Below, in pieces: positions 26,060 to 59,621 of a stretch of 64,000 nucleotides of DNA (within the stretch, counting starts at the first letter, position 1; each line of letters starts with the position of its first letter). The stretch lies in NCBI GenBank assembly GCA_965113315.1, contig OZ220368.1; one strand, written 5' to 3'. The translations under genes were made by a program, and so were the position numbers. Source of the stretch: Podarcis vaucheri. Taxonomy: Eukaryota. Below the pieces are notes generated by a model. That model had not been told where the DNA came from. It saw only the letters and a program-made list of their open reading frames with translations, and ran no database searches.

Positions 26060-27294
26060 GCTCATCTGCAAGGAATAATATTGCATTCATTAAAAATCAT
26101 TCATATACAAAATAAACCTATCCCCACCTGGGTTGATGCTATAACATGCTCCCTCTGACTGAACTGAGGTGTTGCCAGGCATGAGAATTTATTCCATGGC
26201 TTATACAGAGATGAAGCCCTTAGCTAAGGTATCTATTGACACTGCAACACAGAGGCAGACAAATGGAATGAAGAGGCCCTCCCTGAGCTTCATGGAGGAC
26301 ATTTGGGAGCGCACTCTGTTTGGCTTAGAAGGATCCAAGCCAATTCTGGGATCAGAACTTGTAGTATTAGAGCTGTGAAATTGAGAAACAAAATACTAAG
26401 ACGCCATCCTGATGAAGGAACTGAGAGGAAGCACATATGCTCAGGTCTGAGATCACTTCAACAAAAAGGAAGAACAGAGTTCATTTGGCCTGGCCAAATG
26501 GAAGTCAGATTCTGGAAAAGGGGGTGGGCAGGAGGAGCTGGAGGCAAAGGGATCTCCCACATTCAAGTCAGTCAATGGCCTGCAGCCATTCTGCAAGGCC
26601 AAGTGGCCACCCTGTAGCTGCCAGAAAGGAAGCAGACAGCTATCTGGGGCCAAAGGTACAAGAGAAAGGTCACCTAGGGCTCTGGGAAAGAGAGAGCAAG
26701 CATGAACGTGCAAAGGTTTGGTGGCTCAGACTCCTCATCAAATCACAGTTAAATTATTCTCCTCAGTGAAGGATATCAGGAAAGACCACAGCCAATGCCA
26801 TACAATAGTGGAATAGATTTCAAGAAGATGGAACTAGGAATGTAATCTGTATTTACATCAAGTTTTCTGCAAAGGTTACATAAAAAGCCACAGAAATTCA
26901 AGGTTGATCATATATTCACTATGATTCACAGTAGTCTCTAGCTTTTCATCACTGCCCCTTGAGGCTTCAGCACAAGTCTGAAGTGATCAGATGCAGGCAG
27001 TATTTGCCTGAACCACCTTCCTTAGCCTGATATTTGCCTCTCTAAAGATGAGCTCCCTCCTCTTTCATGGCACTAAAATGTGAAATCTGGCTGCACCGTA
27101 GTTTCGCAGGAGAGGTACCAGTGCATCAAGGTAACCAGACAGAATAGGCTAGCCTAAGCCAAGGTAATTAAAGCAGCAGAGCACTTAAAACAGCAGTGCC
27201 AATGGGAAGGGATTCCACCTTCAATATTCATTTGCTACAAATGGAGCCTGAAGATGGAGGGAAGGTGCTTTACACAATGAATAATTCTTTATAG

Positions 27295-27431
27295 CAGGTG
27301 TGGGCGGCAGTGGGGGGATGACATTTGGCCCTCCAATTGTTTGCTGAACTACAACTCACATCACCCATTGCTGGGGCTGAATAGGAGTTGTAGTACAGCA
27401 ACATCTGGAGGGCCAAAGGTCCCCCACACTG
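27295..27431. mobile_element. hAT-type MITE in the AHCYL1 3'UTR
   Basis: tttggccctcca...gaactacaactc / gagttgtagt...tggagggccaaa inverted core; degenerate TSD ctttatag/ctttgtaa. Confidence 0.7.
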
Positions 27432-28438
27432 GCTTTGTAAGATATGAAAAGCTAAGCTACTACATCATCCAAATATCCCTGGTGCTGGACAAATGAAAGG
27501 ATGGAGCACAGGAGATACCCATCTCAGCTCAGAAGGACTGATTTGGTTCTTAGTGGCCCCTACCAATTCTGCAATGTATTACTGATATCTTCATAGAATT
27601 CTATGATTCTACCTTAAAAATGTCCAAACTCGAAGGAAAAGGAATTCTCACCCATTGCCTTTTAAAATATGGTTCTGGTACATCTTCACTTAAAGAAAGA
27701 AAAAACATAACATATAAAAGCTATGGAAAAGTGAAGACAGTGGATAGTCAATAGCCATTTCAATTCAGATTAGCACCCTAGCAACTTAAAAAGAATGTTA
27801 AAGTCTACCTAGGATTGGTGTAACCAGGCATGCAGCTACATATTTCATGTAGGAAAAATAGCCTAACTAAAAATAAATAGTATTTGAAATTGTCCCACTG
27901 TTTTCTTCACAACACAATATTAGGCATTTGTTGAATATACACCTAACTGGCCACAAGATATAACTCTGTTCCAGTACAGGAAAAGGAGCACTGATCTAGC
28001 AGCTAAGAAATTGGGGCTCGTTAAGGCAATTTAGAATTTGTAGATAATTCCACACAGAAAAAATAGTACTCTTAATATTTTGCAGTTCTACCAACTACAA
28101 CTAAGGTGCTCCAGAAAGTTTTAAATTAAAAAATAAAATGAGCAGAGGACAGGATTGCCCTTCATTACCCAGGGAAATCCTTTCCTTAGTAATAGAGCTG
28201 AGGAGCTGAAACTGTACTATTTTAGTGGTGATGCAGCAGGGAAATCCCAGGTTGTCTGTAAAGTCAGACACAAAGACAGAGGAATATTAAAGAGAATAAG
28301 AGAGGGCAGTAAAATCACATGAATAAAATAAAAATAAAAAAGTTTTTAGAAGTAACACAAAAAATATGTTCTTTAAAAATATTCTTGCTAAAGCTCTTGT
28401 GTAGATTATGTAGTCTGGTCCTTCAGCGTTATGGTCCA

Positions 28439-47800
<19,362 letters not shown>

Positions 47801-48589
47801 CTAAATGCAAAGGAGTAAGAAGACATACATAGTTATACCACTTTGTTTTATTTATTTTATTGAGCAGGCTCACTTCTCCACACATTCCACAAAGACAAAC
47901 AACTAAGCAATCCAGGGAAGAATGTTGCTTACTAAAATTCAAACCCATTAGGAGAAAGGCTTGCTCTTTTATTCCAGTTTCTCTGCGCAAAAGGTGAATC
48001 CCCCCCCCCGCCCCCATATACTTGTGCTATTAGAAGGTTACATTAGACATAACAAACTTCATGCTACTTTCTTGATGAATACCAGCTTTATCCTCCCCGC
48101 CCGCCCCCCCAGTAACCCAAAGATACATCAGGGGTTTAAGAACAGTTAAAACATTTAGATCATTAAACTACAGCCGTCATATGCCAACAACAATACTGCT
48201 ATTCAAGTCAATCAATCATGTATTCAAAGTGTGTAATGAAAACCAATGTGATCATAAGAAACGAAATATACTAGCTATTCCACATTAAAATCCCTAGATT
48301 AATTTAGATAAACCAGGAAAGAGCTGTGAGCTTAGAACATCTTGACAATGGCATACAGTCAGGAACTGCAGCTCACAACTGACAGCACAAGACACGTCTT
48401 GGAAAAACCTGGTTCCTGTTCTCTTACAATACCTTGGCTTTTCTGTGAAAAAAGAACTGTTTGGATTGTACCACCTGCAACTACGATACACTAAACACAT
48501 GTAGCACCTCGGTTGGGAGCAAGAGAAAAATCTGTAGCGTTAGGCTGAGGAGAAACATGTAATATTAGAATGGCACCGTGGAAAAACTA

Positions 48590-48831
48590 CAGTGGTACCT
48601 CAGGTTACATACGCTTCAGGTTACATATGCTTCAGGTTACACACTCCGCTAACCCAGAAATAGTGCTTCAGGTTAAGAACGTTGCTTCAGGATGAGAACA
48701 GAAATCGTGCTCTGGCGGCACGGCAGCAGCAGGAGGCCCCATTAGCTAAAGTGGTGCTTCAGGTTAAGAACAGTTTCAGGTTAAGAACGGACCTCTGGAA
48801 TGAATTAAGTACTTAACTCGAGGTACCACTG
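48590..48831. mobile_element. Tc1/mariner-type MITE (family A, copy 2, opposite orientation)
   Basis: TA|CAGTGGTACCTCAGGTTA...TAACTCGAGGTACCACTG|TA; internal GCTTCAGGTTA repeats. Confidence 0.88.
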
Positions 48832-51800
48832 TATTGAAAATGTGAATTTGAATGCAAAGAAAGAATTACTGCTGCAATTTGCTTACTATTATCAAAATTC
48901 TAGAACAAGTGGGTCAAACTTTCAAGTACTTCTAAGACTCAAGAAAGCAAAGAATTTGTTCCGGAATTTGAGAAAACAGAATCAGAGAGGCTGAGAGAAG
49001 GAAACAAAGTGGAGTGACATTATCTTGGACCCCACACACTACTGGCAATTCAAATATTTGCTGCAAAACTTCCCTGTGTTGTTTTTGAGACAGCCCCTGT
49101 CACTCACCAAGATACACAAAAAAAAAAAGTCATCTAGCAATTCTATTAAAAAGGCTTGTTTTATACATTTATAGTTTAGTTAATTCATAAAGAAAGTTAC
49201 ATCAAACTAGAACAGAACCTGAAAACCCCAACTGATTCAAAATATAGAACCTGCCCTGAATTCTACAAAGCACATAGTTCAAGGATCGTAACAGTTCTCA
49301 CCATGTGATTTGATTATTTCAACAAACCAGCCCCATGTGCTGCTTGTGTGGCCTTAAGAACAGCATGATAGCAATGGGATTGCCAAGAACCAGAACTGGA
49401 AAAACAGAAGTCTGGGATATAATGGAAAAGGCTTGCCTCTTATCTTTCAACTATTATGGCCTGAAGGGTGCTTTTCTAAGCTCTGAACTTCATAATGCAC
49501 AAAAATTATTTCAATAATAAAATTTATGGCAGCCCCCCCATCTCTCTCTCTTATATTCAAATGCAGGCTTTAACAATGTCTTTGGCAAAAATTAATGGAT
49601 TCCCATCATGGCTTAGTGTCATATCTGAAACAATTCACTAATGTCAAGCAGCAAAATAACTAGTGACAATTCAAAAACAAAAAGGGAGGTCATTAACTAA
49701 AGCCTAATAGTAAAAAATAGGTTAGTAAGTTAGTAAAAAGTTAATCCCCCTTTGCTGAAAAGAGTGCTACCAAGAGCCTACTTTAACCTTGCCCTCTGAT
49801 TTCATGCAGGTCTAGGAACAAAAACAAGTGAACTTTGAACAAACCAATCCCTACAGACTGTGTCAAATGCTATTTTAAGTCCTAGAGGAACAGCACATTG
49901 TTCACCATGTCAGGAAGTATGTTTATGAGCGAGATTTAGTAAGCAATTCATTGTGCTGAACTCCCTTCTTCATAAACCTGTTTGCTTTATTTCAGTCTAA
50001 TCCTTATTTAATAAATGCCTAGCATAGAGCTTTGTAACTTTCACTGATAAGACCAACCAATAAAAACTAGGTTCAAAAGTATTTCCCATGCTAAACACCA
50101 ATTTATCATACTTAGCTGGTGAGTTACCAGAGACTCTGCACTGCATTCAGATCTTATCAATGAATGATACTCAGCAAATCAAATCCTGGATGAGAAACCC
50201 GAAGGGAGAAGTATTCCAGCTTGAACAAAGTTTAATGTTTCGGCCCGTTCAACTGTTGAAAGAATTAGTGCAACGAAGAATGAAAGCCAAATCCAGTAGA
50301 GGCCAATCCTCCACATGTCTTCAGAATGTATAAAACTCAAATCTAGTGTCTCTGAAAATGAAATCTGGTTATAATACAAACAAAAGTTCACATAACCTTT
50401 TAAAATAGAATCCATTAATTACTACAACAGAAAAAAATTAAAGTTTGCTTTCCATTTAAGAAGGGGGGAGGCCTCTGATCAAGAATTATACTGATGCAGT
50501 AGTGTATGTATTAACTGTGGCAGAGTGTGAGCATTGAAGAATGTCAACTAAACAGGACAACCAAGTTTTAAGTCCCATTAACTTAAAAAAGGGAGAGTAT
50601 TAATTCAATGATTTACTCTTCCATAAAATTAAATGAGAATTAAGTTTTGCTGGGCAATTCTCTTACTTTTCACCTCACAGAGAAACACTAATCTGCTTGG
50701 TAATTACTAACCCCAGCCTCTGAAAAGTTATTTGGAATTTAGCCATTACTTAAGTGTTCTTTCTTAGGGTCTATGCATACGTACAATTGTGTTTATTTCA
50801 CAATTGCCCAAATTTGCCCCTAAGGAGATGATCCTGTAGTTCACAAAGCATGTGTGCTAAACACCCAACTGTTTTGGATTATTCTTCTAGCTTTATAAGG
50901 AGTATGCTACAGCAACTAGTTAGTTTGATTTCTACAATAGGAAAAAATAAAGAAAGTCTATTTTCTTTTGTGATTTAAAATAATCTGTTTACATTGGCTT
51001 GATTGAATTCAATCTACCATGTTTTCCCCCTCTCCTGCCTGGCAGGCCCCCTGAGCTGTTTTCACTAGCCCAATAAAGGTGTGTGTTCTTTGCCACAGCT
51101 GATGTGTAGGAGCCATGCTTCCCTCAGAACAAAAGCATGACGAATAGGATTAATGAAGTGCTGTGACATTCAAAAATGGAAAAAGCACAATAAGTAGATA
51201 CCAAAATGGATGAAAGAGCATTCAAAATTATCCGCCTAAATTAGGCTTCCCTCACATCACATCACCTACCATTGCTATCACCATAAGGGTACCACCACAG
51301 GGAGCAAAAGAATTTGTTCTTGTGAAGGCAGAGCTTCATTGGCCTCTGACATTTTAAGTACTGCATTGTCAAGTCCCATTAATTGCATGTTATATGGCAG
51401 TATTCAAGGCTTCAGTAGAAGTCAGTAACTGTAAATGTTGAGCAGTCACAATTGTGAAGATCTTTAGACCAAAAGGGATATATTGGTAAATACAATTTCC
51501 TTCAGTCAGAAAAGCACAGGAATACAAACTGTACTCTATAGCACTACCAGACAAGCCATCAGCTATAACATGAAGGTTAGCAATCAACAATTGGAGGCCA
51601 CACAGAAAAACCAGTTCTCCTCTGAGAAAGCGGAGAGTGGCCCAAAGTAAAGAATAGGCTCACAAGGGCTTTAATTGTTACAGCTTCCTTTTTATTCAGA
51701 AGAGCGTCTACGTAATATCTTTACAGTATTCCACTACTGCCATGACCAACTAGAGTGGAATTTCAGTTGCTATACTAGCACAAAACTATGAAACATCTTT

Positions 51801-53411
51801 GACAATCTAAAAAACAACTTGGGCATCTCAACCACCATGAAATCACTCACGATTTAAGCACAAACACAAACTTCACTTCATTTCAATTGTAGTGATATCA
51901 GAAGATGGATTTTCCTCCCAAAACTGCTATTCTTCAAACTATTTAATCAAAATGGACAGAACAAATGTGTGGTTAGTTTAAAATGAAAACTGCTGTTTCT
52001 GCTTTCCTCTTCACCACTGCACCAGAGGCAGAGAGTGGAAGGGGGAGCAGACGTCTGCATTAGGTGTGAGAGGTCAAATAACCACTTGGGGCCACCAAGA
52101 AGTCCTTAGAAATTTAGCTGCTGAAAGAATCAAGGACTACTGTGAGTATAAAATAACTACACACAAGTTGACAGAGATACAGATTTATTTTGTAGATAAC
52201 TTTAATGTCTGCTTTATTTTTCAAACCACTTAGAAGTTTTATTTATTATCAAGTGGTATATAAAGTTTGCTAAATAAATAAATAAATATGCAAATGAGAT
52301 TTCAACAAGATTTTACAGGCTAGGTAAAGCTGCACTCTGGTCCTGTGAACTCTATGTAACACAGACCACAAAGCTTTGAGCAATTAAGAGGGAACTGTGA
52401 ACTGATGCCAAAGGCTCTTTTGCCTGCCCCAAGAGCCACAAAGCCTCCCTTCTGCAACCACCTAATCAGACAAATGATAGCTGTGCATGTGAGGCAAATA
52501 CCCTCTCCTCCTAAGAAAAAGAGGGCTACAAAACTATGTCAGAAAAGGAGTGCCCTCAACTGGCAGGGCAGCTACATCCATTCTCAGCATAGGTGATAGG
52601 ATGTCTGCTGTATGCATGCATACTTGTTTGTTTGTGTTTGTGTGTCTGTGTCTCTGTGTGTATACCACCTCTTTTCAGCTATACCTCAAGTGCTTTTGTT
52701 CTGTGGCATCCAAGCAAAGGCCCTTTAATCAGCATATCTATAAGGAAACTTTATCATTAGCCAGTAACTCAGTGTGGTGTAGCAGTCTGCAGTTACAGCA
52801 AGACCTAGATTCAATTCCTTGCTTAGCCACAAAACTTACTAGTGACCTTTGGACAGTCTGCTTCATGAAGTTGGTGTCAAGATACAATGGCAGGAAGACT
52901 GGCTATACTACTATAAGCAGTTTGAGAAACGGTAGCTTAAATATGAAATTTCATAATAAACCTATGTGCACCATAATTGTCCCAATCCTATAAGGCAGAA
53001 TAACTGTTCCGATCCTATAAAGCAACAAAGAAGTGTCTGAAGGGATCTACCACTGATTATGTTCTGTACTATTGGTAGTACAGCTGACCTAGAAGTGAGT
53101 GAAAGCTATCTTCAAGTGACTGGATGACCAACACAATGTGTGATGCAGGCTTGCTGATTTTTGGTGGTCAGTAGAAGACCTGAAGTTGAAAATCCAGACT
53201 CCTCTATTTGCTACAAATCAAGATGTTAATCTAGGCTTAGACGGGGCCCCTGAACAATGAATGTGTTTATATATGTGGCAATACATCCTTAAAAGCAGAA
53301 CAGAAACTTTGAGAACAGAGAAATGCACAAGGAAAGGGCAACAAACTAAGATGGGTGGCAGAGGTAACAATGTTATTGTTAATATGAAGATCCAGCAAGA
53401 GGCATTTGGTA

Positions 53412-53646
53412 CAGTGGTACCTTGCAAGACGAATGCCTCGCAAGACGAAAGAGTTTTTCGTTTTTTGAGTTGCTTCGCAAGATGAATTTCCCTATGGGCT
53501 TGCTTCGCAAGACGAACACGTCTTGCAAGTTTGTTTCCTTTTTCTTAAAACTGTTTCCTATCGGAAATGGTGCTTCGCAAGACGAAAAATTCGCAAGACG
53601 AAAAAACTCGCAGAACGAATTAATTTCGTCTTGCAAGGCACCACTA
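53412..53646. mobile_element. Short MITE of the same family as 18579-19596 (no internal cargo)
   Basis: TA|CAGTGGTACCTTGCAAGACGAA ... TTCGTCTTGCAAGGCACCACTa|TA; shares subterminal GCAAGACGAA repeats and CCCTATGGG. Confidence 0.85.
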
Positions 53647-53653
53647 TATATGT

Positions 53654-53900
53654 TAGGCTTGCCATACGTTAGGAAAATTCCTGACATGTCCTGGTTTTTG
53701 GGTGTAAAAATGGGGTTGGGGGAATTTTGCTGAATTGGCAAAATGTCAGGAAAAATCTAGATGTATGGCAACGTGGTGGGAAAAGCAGCGGAAACAGCTC
53801 CAAAAGCTTAAAATCACTATTTTGGGGAGAGGCTTCCCCCAAAAAGTTCAACAACTTTGTGGGTGTCAGGAAGTTTACTTTTTGAAATATGGAAACCCTA
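53654..53900. mobile_element. hAT-type element with TAGG(G)TTGCCATA termini and 8-bp TSD
   Basis: atatatgt|TAGGCTTGCCATA...TATGGAAACCCTA|gtatatgt. Confidence 0.75.
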
Positions 53901-53944
53901 GTATATGTGCAAGTCCTAACAGGTGGTTAGAATGTCAGACATCT

Positions 53945-54115
53945 GTCATACCCCAGTAGCAGGGCATCTACTTTGCATACAGGTCTCAGGTTCAATAACC
54001 AGCACCTCCAGGTATGTCCTCAGAAACTGCCTCATTTGAAAGTGCCAGTCAGTGTAGACAATACTGAGTGAGACAGACCAATGATCTGACTAAATACAAG
54101 GCAGCTTCCTATGTC
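53945..54115 (+). mobile_element. tRNA-derived squamate SINE (degenerate)
   Basis: B-box-like GGTTCAATA; tail gccagtcagtgtagacaatactgag...gcagcttcctatgt; related copy at 38665-38852. Confidence 0.6.
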
Positions 54116-56046
54116 TTTGCTGTAAACCATAAATGTAACATTTATTTAAAAACAAATCAGGGAAACTTTAAAAAAAAATATCAGGACAGCCACCATAAGT
54201 CAAACTTCTAATTCAAAACCCAAGAGACATCATGCAAAAATAATCAATAACCCAGGTTACAGTTTGTCATATTGGTAACAAACTAACTTTAAAGTTTGCA
54301 AATGCTGTATGTCAAAACGAATTCCCACTATGTTAAGAAAGCATAGAAACTATAAGCATACCTTTTCCCAATGCTCCAGACGAACAGTGGATTCCCATTT
54401 ACTCCCAAGAAAAGTCCCTGTTTATCCAGAGCAAAGACTGATTTGCTAAAAATTGGCCAGTGCTCCCATTTGTCACCACTATTTCTTCAGAATACAAAGA
54501 GGAACAAACAAGTTGCATTTGGATCTGGCTTTTAAGTTCTAAAAAGGACAATTTGGATCTCGGAAACTGCTTGCTAATGAAATCAACTGCTGAATTTACC
54601 ACTGTAATCCCTGAACCGGCTTTAAGGGCGCTCATCTGAACTCTGCAGCTTAGTAAAATCTGTCCTGTCTAAAAATATTATCAAACATGGCAAGCAGCTT
54701 ACTAATGAAGTGAATTACTCCAGCATTAAATCAATTTCAAACTTAGCCTGAATCCAAAATGGTGTATGACACGGGGCTGGAATACAACCCTGGGAAAAAG
54801 ACAGGACCCAACTGCAACCTCAACAGTTGACCTCACAATATCATCTTCTTTGTTCATGTGCTGTGATCTCTAGATGACATTAAAAGGAAAATCCTCTCTC
54901 AAATCTCTCTGACACCAATATTGACTGGTACAGAGTGTCTCCTGCACACACAGCTGTGGAATGTAGACGGCCAAGCACGTGTTTTGGGGAAGGTCTGGAC
55001 AGCTTGCTATATTCAAGGCCTGCTAGTTTGACTTCACCCAGGAAAGCAGAAAACTGCCCCTTTTCACCATGGGTAGAGACTTAATTTTTCCCAAAGCCAA
55101 AAGCAATCTTCACAATGTCATATTTTCATTGGAACTCACAAGTGTTTCGCTGCTGGAATTTGCTTTCCTAACCGGGTGTGGCACAGTATTTAGCAGCAAA
55201 GAAAATATTTTAGATCCCAATACTTCAACACCATGTAGGGGGAAACAAGTTTAGATTCTCCCTCGACCTTTAATCCATGAAGCTCATACATACTTAAGTC
55301 AGCATCGCCCTTACTTTGTAAACAAAGGTTAACTGTAAGACTAATACCAAACCAAGCATTATTACTATTAAAACATACTATCCCCAATATCAACTGAGAG
55401 ATACTAACATGATCAATATAAAATGAGTTTCTATTGTGAAACCTGAATTGTTAAATGCATTTGTTAATATTAGGAAGACTATTGGCTCTCAAGTCTATAA
55501 GATGGCATCAGGACCTACTTACCCTAGTTTGACCTCTGGGATGTGCCTGCATGGGCTTATGACATATAGACCTGACAACTAAACTTTTACAAAATTAAGG
55601 TTCTCATCTACAAGCCATGCAGCAGGACTTTAAGTACCTATTCACTTCAGGGAGTTTGAAAAAGATTAAACACATTGCAGCTGAATACTGAAAAATAAGA
55701 GGTAAAGGAGTCGGGAAGCAGAAGACAACAAAGAAGACTGAAATAGGAAAAGCTCAAGAACGTGTTAAAAAAATAATGATTGTAAAGCCATTAGGGACAA
55801 CCAAAGAACGTTTATCTTGTGGAAGAGTGGTATGATTTTATCACCTTCGTTAGTTATAAAACTATTTCTCTCCTTCTTCACGTTATATGAGGGTGTGACC
55901 ATCTTGACCCAAACTGCTCTTTTCGTATGTATTATTGTTTGCATGTAAATTCCTATTTCTTTGCTACACTTACCTGCTGAGGGGTAACGGGACATTTTAA
56001 AGATACTTGGAACCAAAAAGTCTGTTAGTTGGGGGGGAAGTGGGAT

Positions 56047-56146
56047 TTAGTTTTGCCTCAATTAAACTAATTAATTGATTTTTTTGTTATAATAGCTTAG
56101 TTTTGCCTCAATTAAACTAATTAATTGATTTTTTTGTTATAATAGC
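56047..56146. repeat. Perfect 50-bp tandem duplication
   Basis: ttagttttgcctcaattaaactaattaattgatttttttgttataatagc twice in direct succession. Confidence 0.92.
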
Positions 56147-59100
56147 TCTGTGTATGTTTGTTTGCTGAGTGAGGGAAATACTATAGTGCAATGCAATTGT
56201 ATCGGCATTCAACAGATAACTTATGTATTCACTTTTTCTTGAAAACCTAATAAAGATTATTTTAAAAAGAAAAAAAAACAAATAAGGAATTGGATCTGCA
56301 CTGAATGATTGATTGACTGAATTTATATACTGCCCTTTACCTGCAATTTTTTAAAGCTCATTTCCAGCATGAACACTTGCAAGAACAGTTCCAAAATACC
56401 CATGCTATGTCTGGTGACAATTCAGAAGCCAAGAGAGCTGGACAAAACTCCCACTGGGCTCACTTAGCCCCCAACCCCTATTCTTAGTGACCATTATTAG
56501 TCCCCCTGCCTCTCATACTCCAACCCCAATATTAATTCACCTTGCATTTGTTGTATGTAACACCTTGAAAAAGTTTCAAGTTTGAAGGCCTTAATCCTGA
56601 AAGCAAGATTGACAGTGACAGTGCATTCCACTAACATTCTCAGTTAAACCACATATAAAAAAACTAAAACCAAAGCTAAACCTTATAGTCTCCACTGCAA
56701 CACAAAAAAATGCAATATCCGACTGGCCTAGATCTCAGGTACTCGGTGTTCCAAAAAGCTACCCCTGAGGCTATTTAGACTAACTTCTTTAATAACTAAC
56801 TACTTCATGAGTCTCTTCCTACAGAAAGAAAGAATGATACGTGTTTACTGCAGGGGGAAATGTTATAATTACCACATTCTGCTGCAATAATTTTAATTGC
56901 AGACTATTTGAATGGCTCAATATTTATTACTCTACAACCTTTAATTGCTTTTGTGGGGGAAAGGGGGGGAACTAATCAATGATTATTTATAGCACAATCC
57001 TAACCATATTCACTTAGAAGTTAGTCCTACTGAATTCCGTTGGGCTTGCTCCCAGGTAGGTGGATTAAGATTCCAGCATTAATATGTAGCTGGCCAACTG
57101 ATGCAATGGATTTGCTGCAGCTACCACATTTGTCCTAAGGCCCAATTTGCTTCCCAAGAACTAAGCTACAACACTCCGGAGACAAGGAAAGATAGTATAT
57201 CTCAAATCCTAACTCATGAGTTAATTTCCTACACTGAAAAGCTTTTTTTAACATTGAGTACATTTAATCATGTTATCCACACCTTCGTTCTGAATTGGTA
57301 CAATTGCAGGAGAGCTGTACCATATTATATACATCAATAAATGGAACAGCCCTTACCCTAGTACATTATGTCAAGAGGAAGAGATTGTGTTCCTCCTTTA
57401 AGGTGAGGCAGGAAGATGGATTCTAAGGAGCAATGTCAAGTGCTACTCAACCCAAAGAGGTGATAATCTAGTATTGTTGGCACTACTGCCATTATTGCAG
57501 CATGGTAATGTGTTAATATGGTAGACCAACATTTATAAACCACTTGTGTTACAAATAGAGTCAAGGAAACACAACTGTAATTACAACTCTTTCTCACGGA
57601 CAGACTTTCCCCAAGATGGACACTTTCTTCTGTTTTAGAAAATTATGGTTGCAGTTTTATGGCTGCAATCCACAGGTTTTAGTTTTATTACCTCAGGTAG
57701 GACCAACATCACAATTTAACAAAGGGTTTTTTTAGTGTGTAGTTGGCACAAAATCTAGAGTTGGAAAAATGTGCTGCTGGAAAGCTGATAATGTGCAGTT
57801 GGAAAAATGAGGGGAGAGGAAATAGACATCTTAGGCATATGTGTTTTATTAAGCCCTTAAATGATAGGTAGCGTCACCGATGGCATATACGCCAAATATA
57901 TATGTATAGAATGTGCTCAGTTTCCATACTGAAAACAAACTGCTCCAACTCAATTTAAAATTCCCTTCTTTTTGGGGTGCCAGAACCTCCTTCACTTTCA
58001 TCTTTGGGCAGGAAATACTTCATCACATCCTTGTATACCCTTAAAATACTCCTGTTTTTGCACCTGTTAGTCACTCTAGGGCAAATAAAAAAATAAATCA
58101 TCAATGGATAGTAGATGATTTCTATGGCAAAAACTTCACCGATGAATGGTGTAAGCCAGGAACAGAATGCCTTTGAGTTCATTTGCCTTCTTCTAGGGGT
58201 GGGGATTTGTACAGCTGGAAAAACCTGCATTTTAAAAGAACCAACCATTTAATTGGAAGTATTCTCCGTTAAAGTGGTTTGGGGAATCACAGCCCAAATT
58301 TCTCATTATTTTAATAAATTTACCTGAGAGTAAAATATTACTTACAAGAACAATTCTTCTACAAATTTTTCCATGACCATGATAAAGATGGGGAAGAAGG
58401 ATTTACATTCTAGAGCTTGGATCCTTCTACTATTGACCTGCACTGCTGCACAAAAAGAGCAACTTCTACATGGACATCTCAAGGCCTGCATCGACATTAT
58501 TCCCATCCCAGCCTTTGGATGAGCTATCCTCCAGGAATGAAATGAATTAGGCCTCAGTCTTGCACAGGCTCTTGCATTCCCTTACCTCAGGGGAAAGTGA
58601 GCAATAAATTGGGAGATCCCCATTTTGGAATGTAGACTAGTTCTAGATGAAAGAGAATGAAACCCTCAGAATAAAATCTCCTAATCTGGTCATTCACTTC
58701 TTTTAATGTTTAAAAGGGTGCACAAACCTAAGGCCCAACTCCTGATCTTTTCCTGAAGATTATCCTTGGCTAAGAACCGAGGGCATAAAATAAAACATTC
58801 ACAGGCCTCCAGATCCTTTAAAAACACGAACTGAAGAAAAAGCTCTGTAGGGTGCAAATTATTGCTGCTCAGCACAAAAATTGTTCTCTGCATACCTGAG
58901 ATTACTATACTCATTTAGGCACATTACATTGCTTTTTATAGAAAAAAATAGAACACGTAGCTTTTTGTGGCTTATTTGTTCAGCACATATGGTTCTTATG
59001 AAATAAACTAGAGCAGCCAGTCCCTTTGCTCAGAATTAGAGACTGGAATAAACTAATCTTGAAGAAACATATAAGCCCATAAAAATCTGCAATTGGAGCT

Positions 59101-59385
59101 ATTTTGTCATTCTGATTTCTAAGCAACCTTATGTGAAATGCAGCCATGTGAACAGCAGTTGGTTTTACTGAAGTTAAGCTTTACCTGAAACACACCCAAG
59201 GGGGTGGTGGGAGAACCATGTGGGAGTAAATTCAACAATGGAGTAGGGATATCACCCAAAATAGAAGTAGTCAAAATTCTTGATCCTGTAAAGTGGCGGA
59301 TATCAAACAGAAATGAAGAGGCATGAGGATGTCAAAAGCTAAAGCTAACATCCCATGGTTGTAGCTTCAGCTGTACTCTCTAAAC

Positions 59386-59621
59386 CAGCCTTCCTCAGCC
59401 CGCTCTCCAGATGTCCCTGACCACAGGTCATGCTGATGGGAATTAGTGTAAAACAGCCTTTCTCAATATTGAGTCCCCTTATGCTGCTAGACTACAACTC
59501 CCATCATCCCTAGGTAGCAGGTCCAGTGGTAAGGGGAGTTGTAGTATAACAACATACAGGGTGCCAAGGTTGAGAAAGGCTGGTCTGAAACATCTGGGGG
59601 GCACCAGATTGGGGAAGGCCG
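59386..59621. mobile_element. Nested hAT-type MITEs (inner copy 59454-59582)
   Basis: Inner TIR CAGCCTTTCTCAA / TTGAGAAAGGCTG with degenerate TSD gtgtaaaa/gtctgaaa, inside an outer cagccttcc...ggaaggc copy. Confidence 0.65.
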
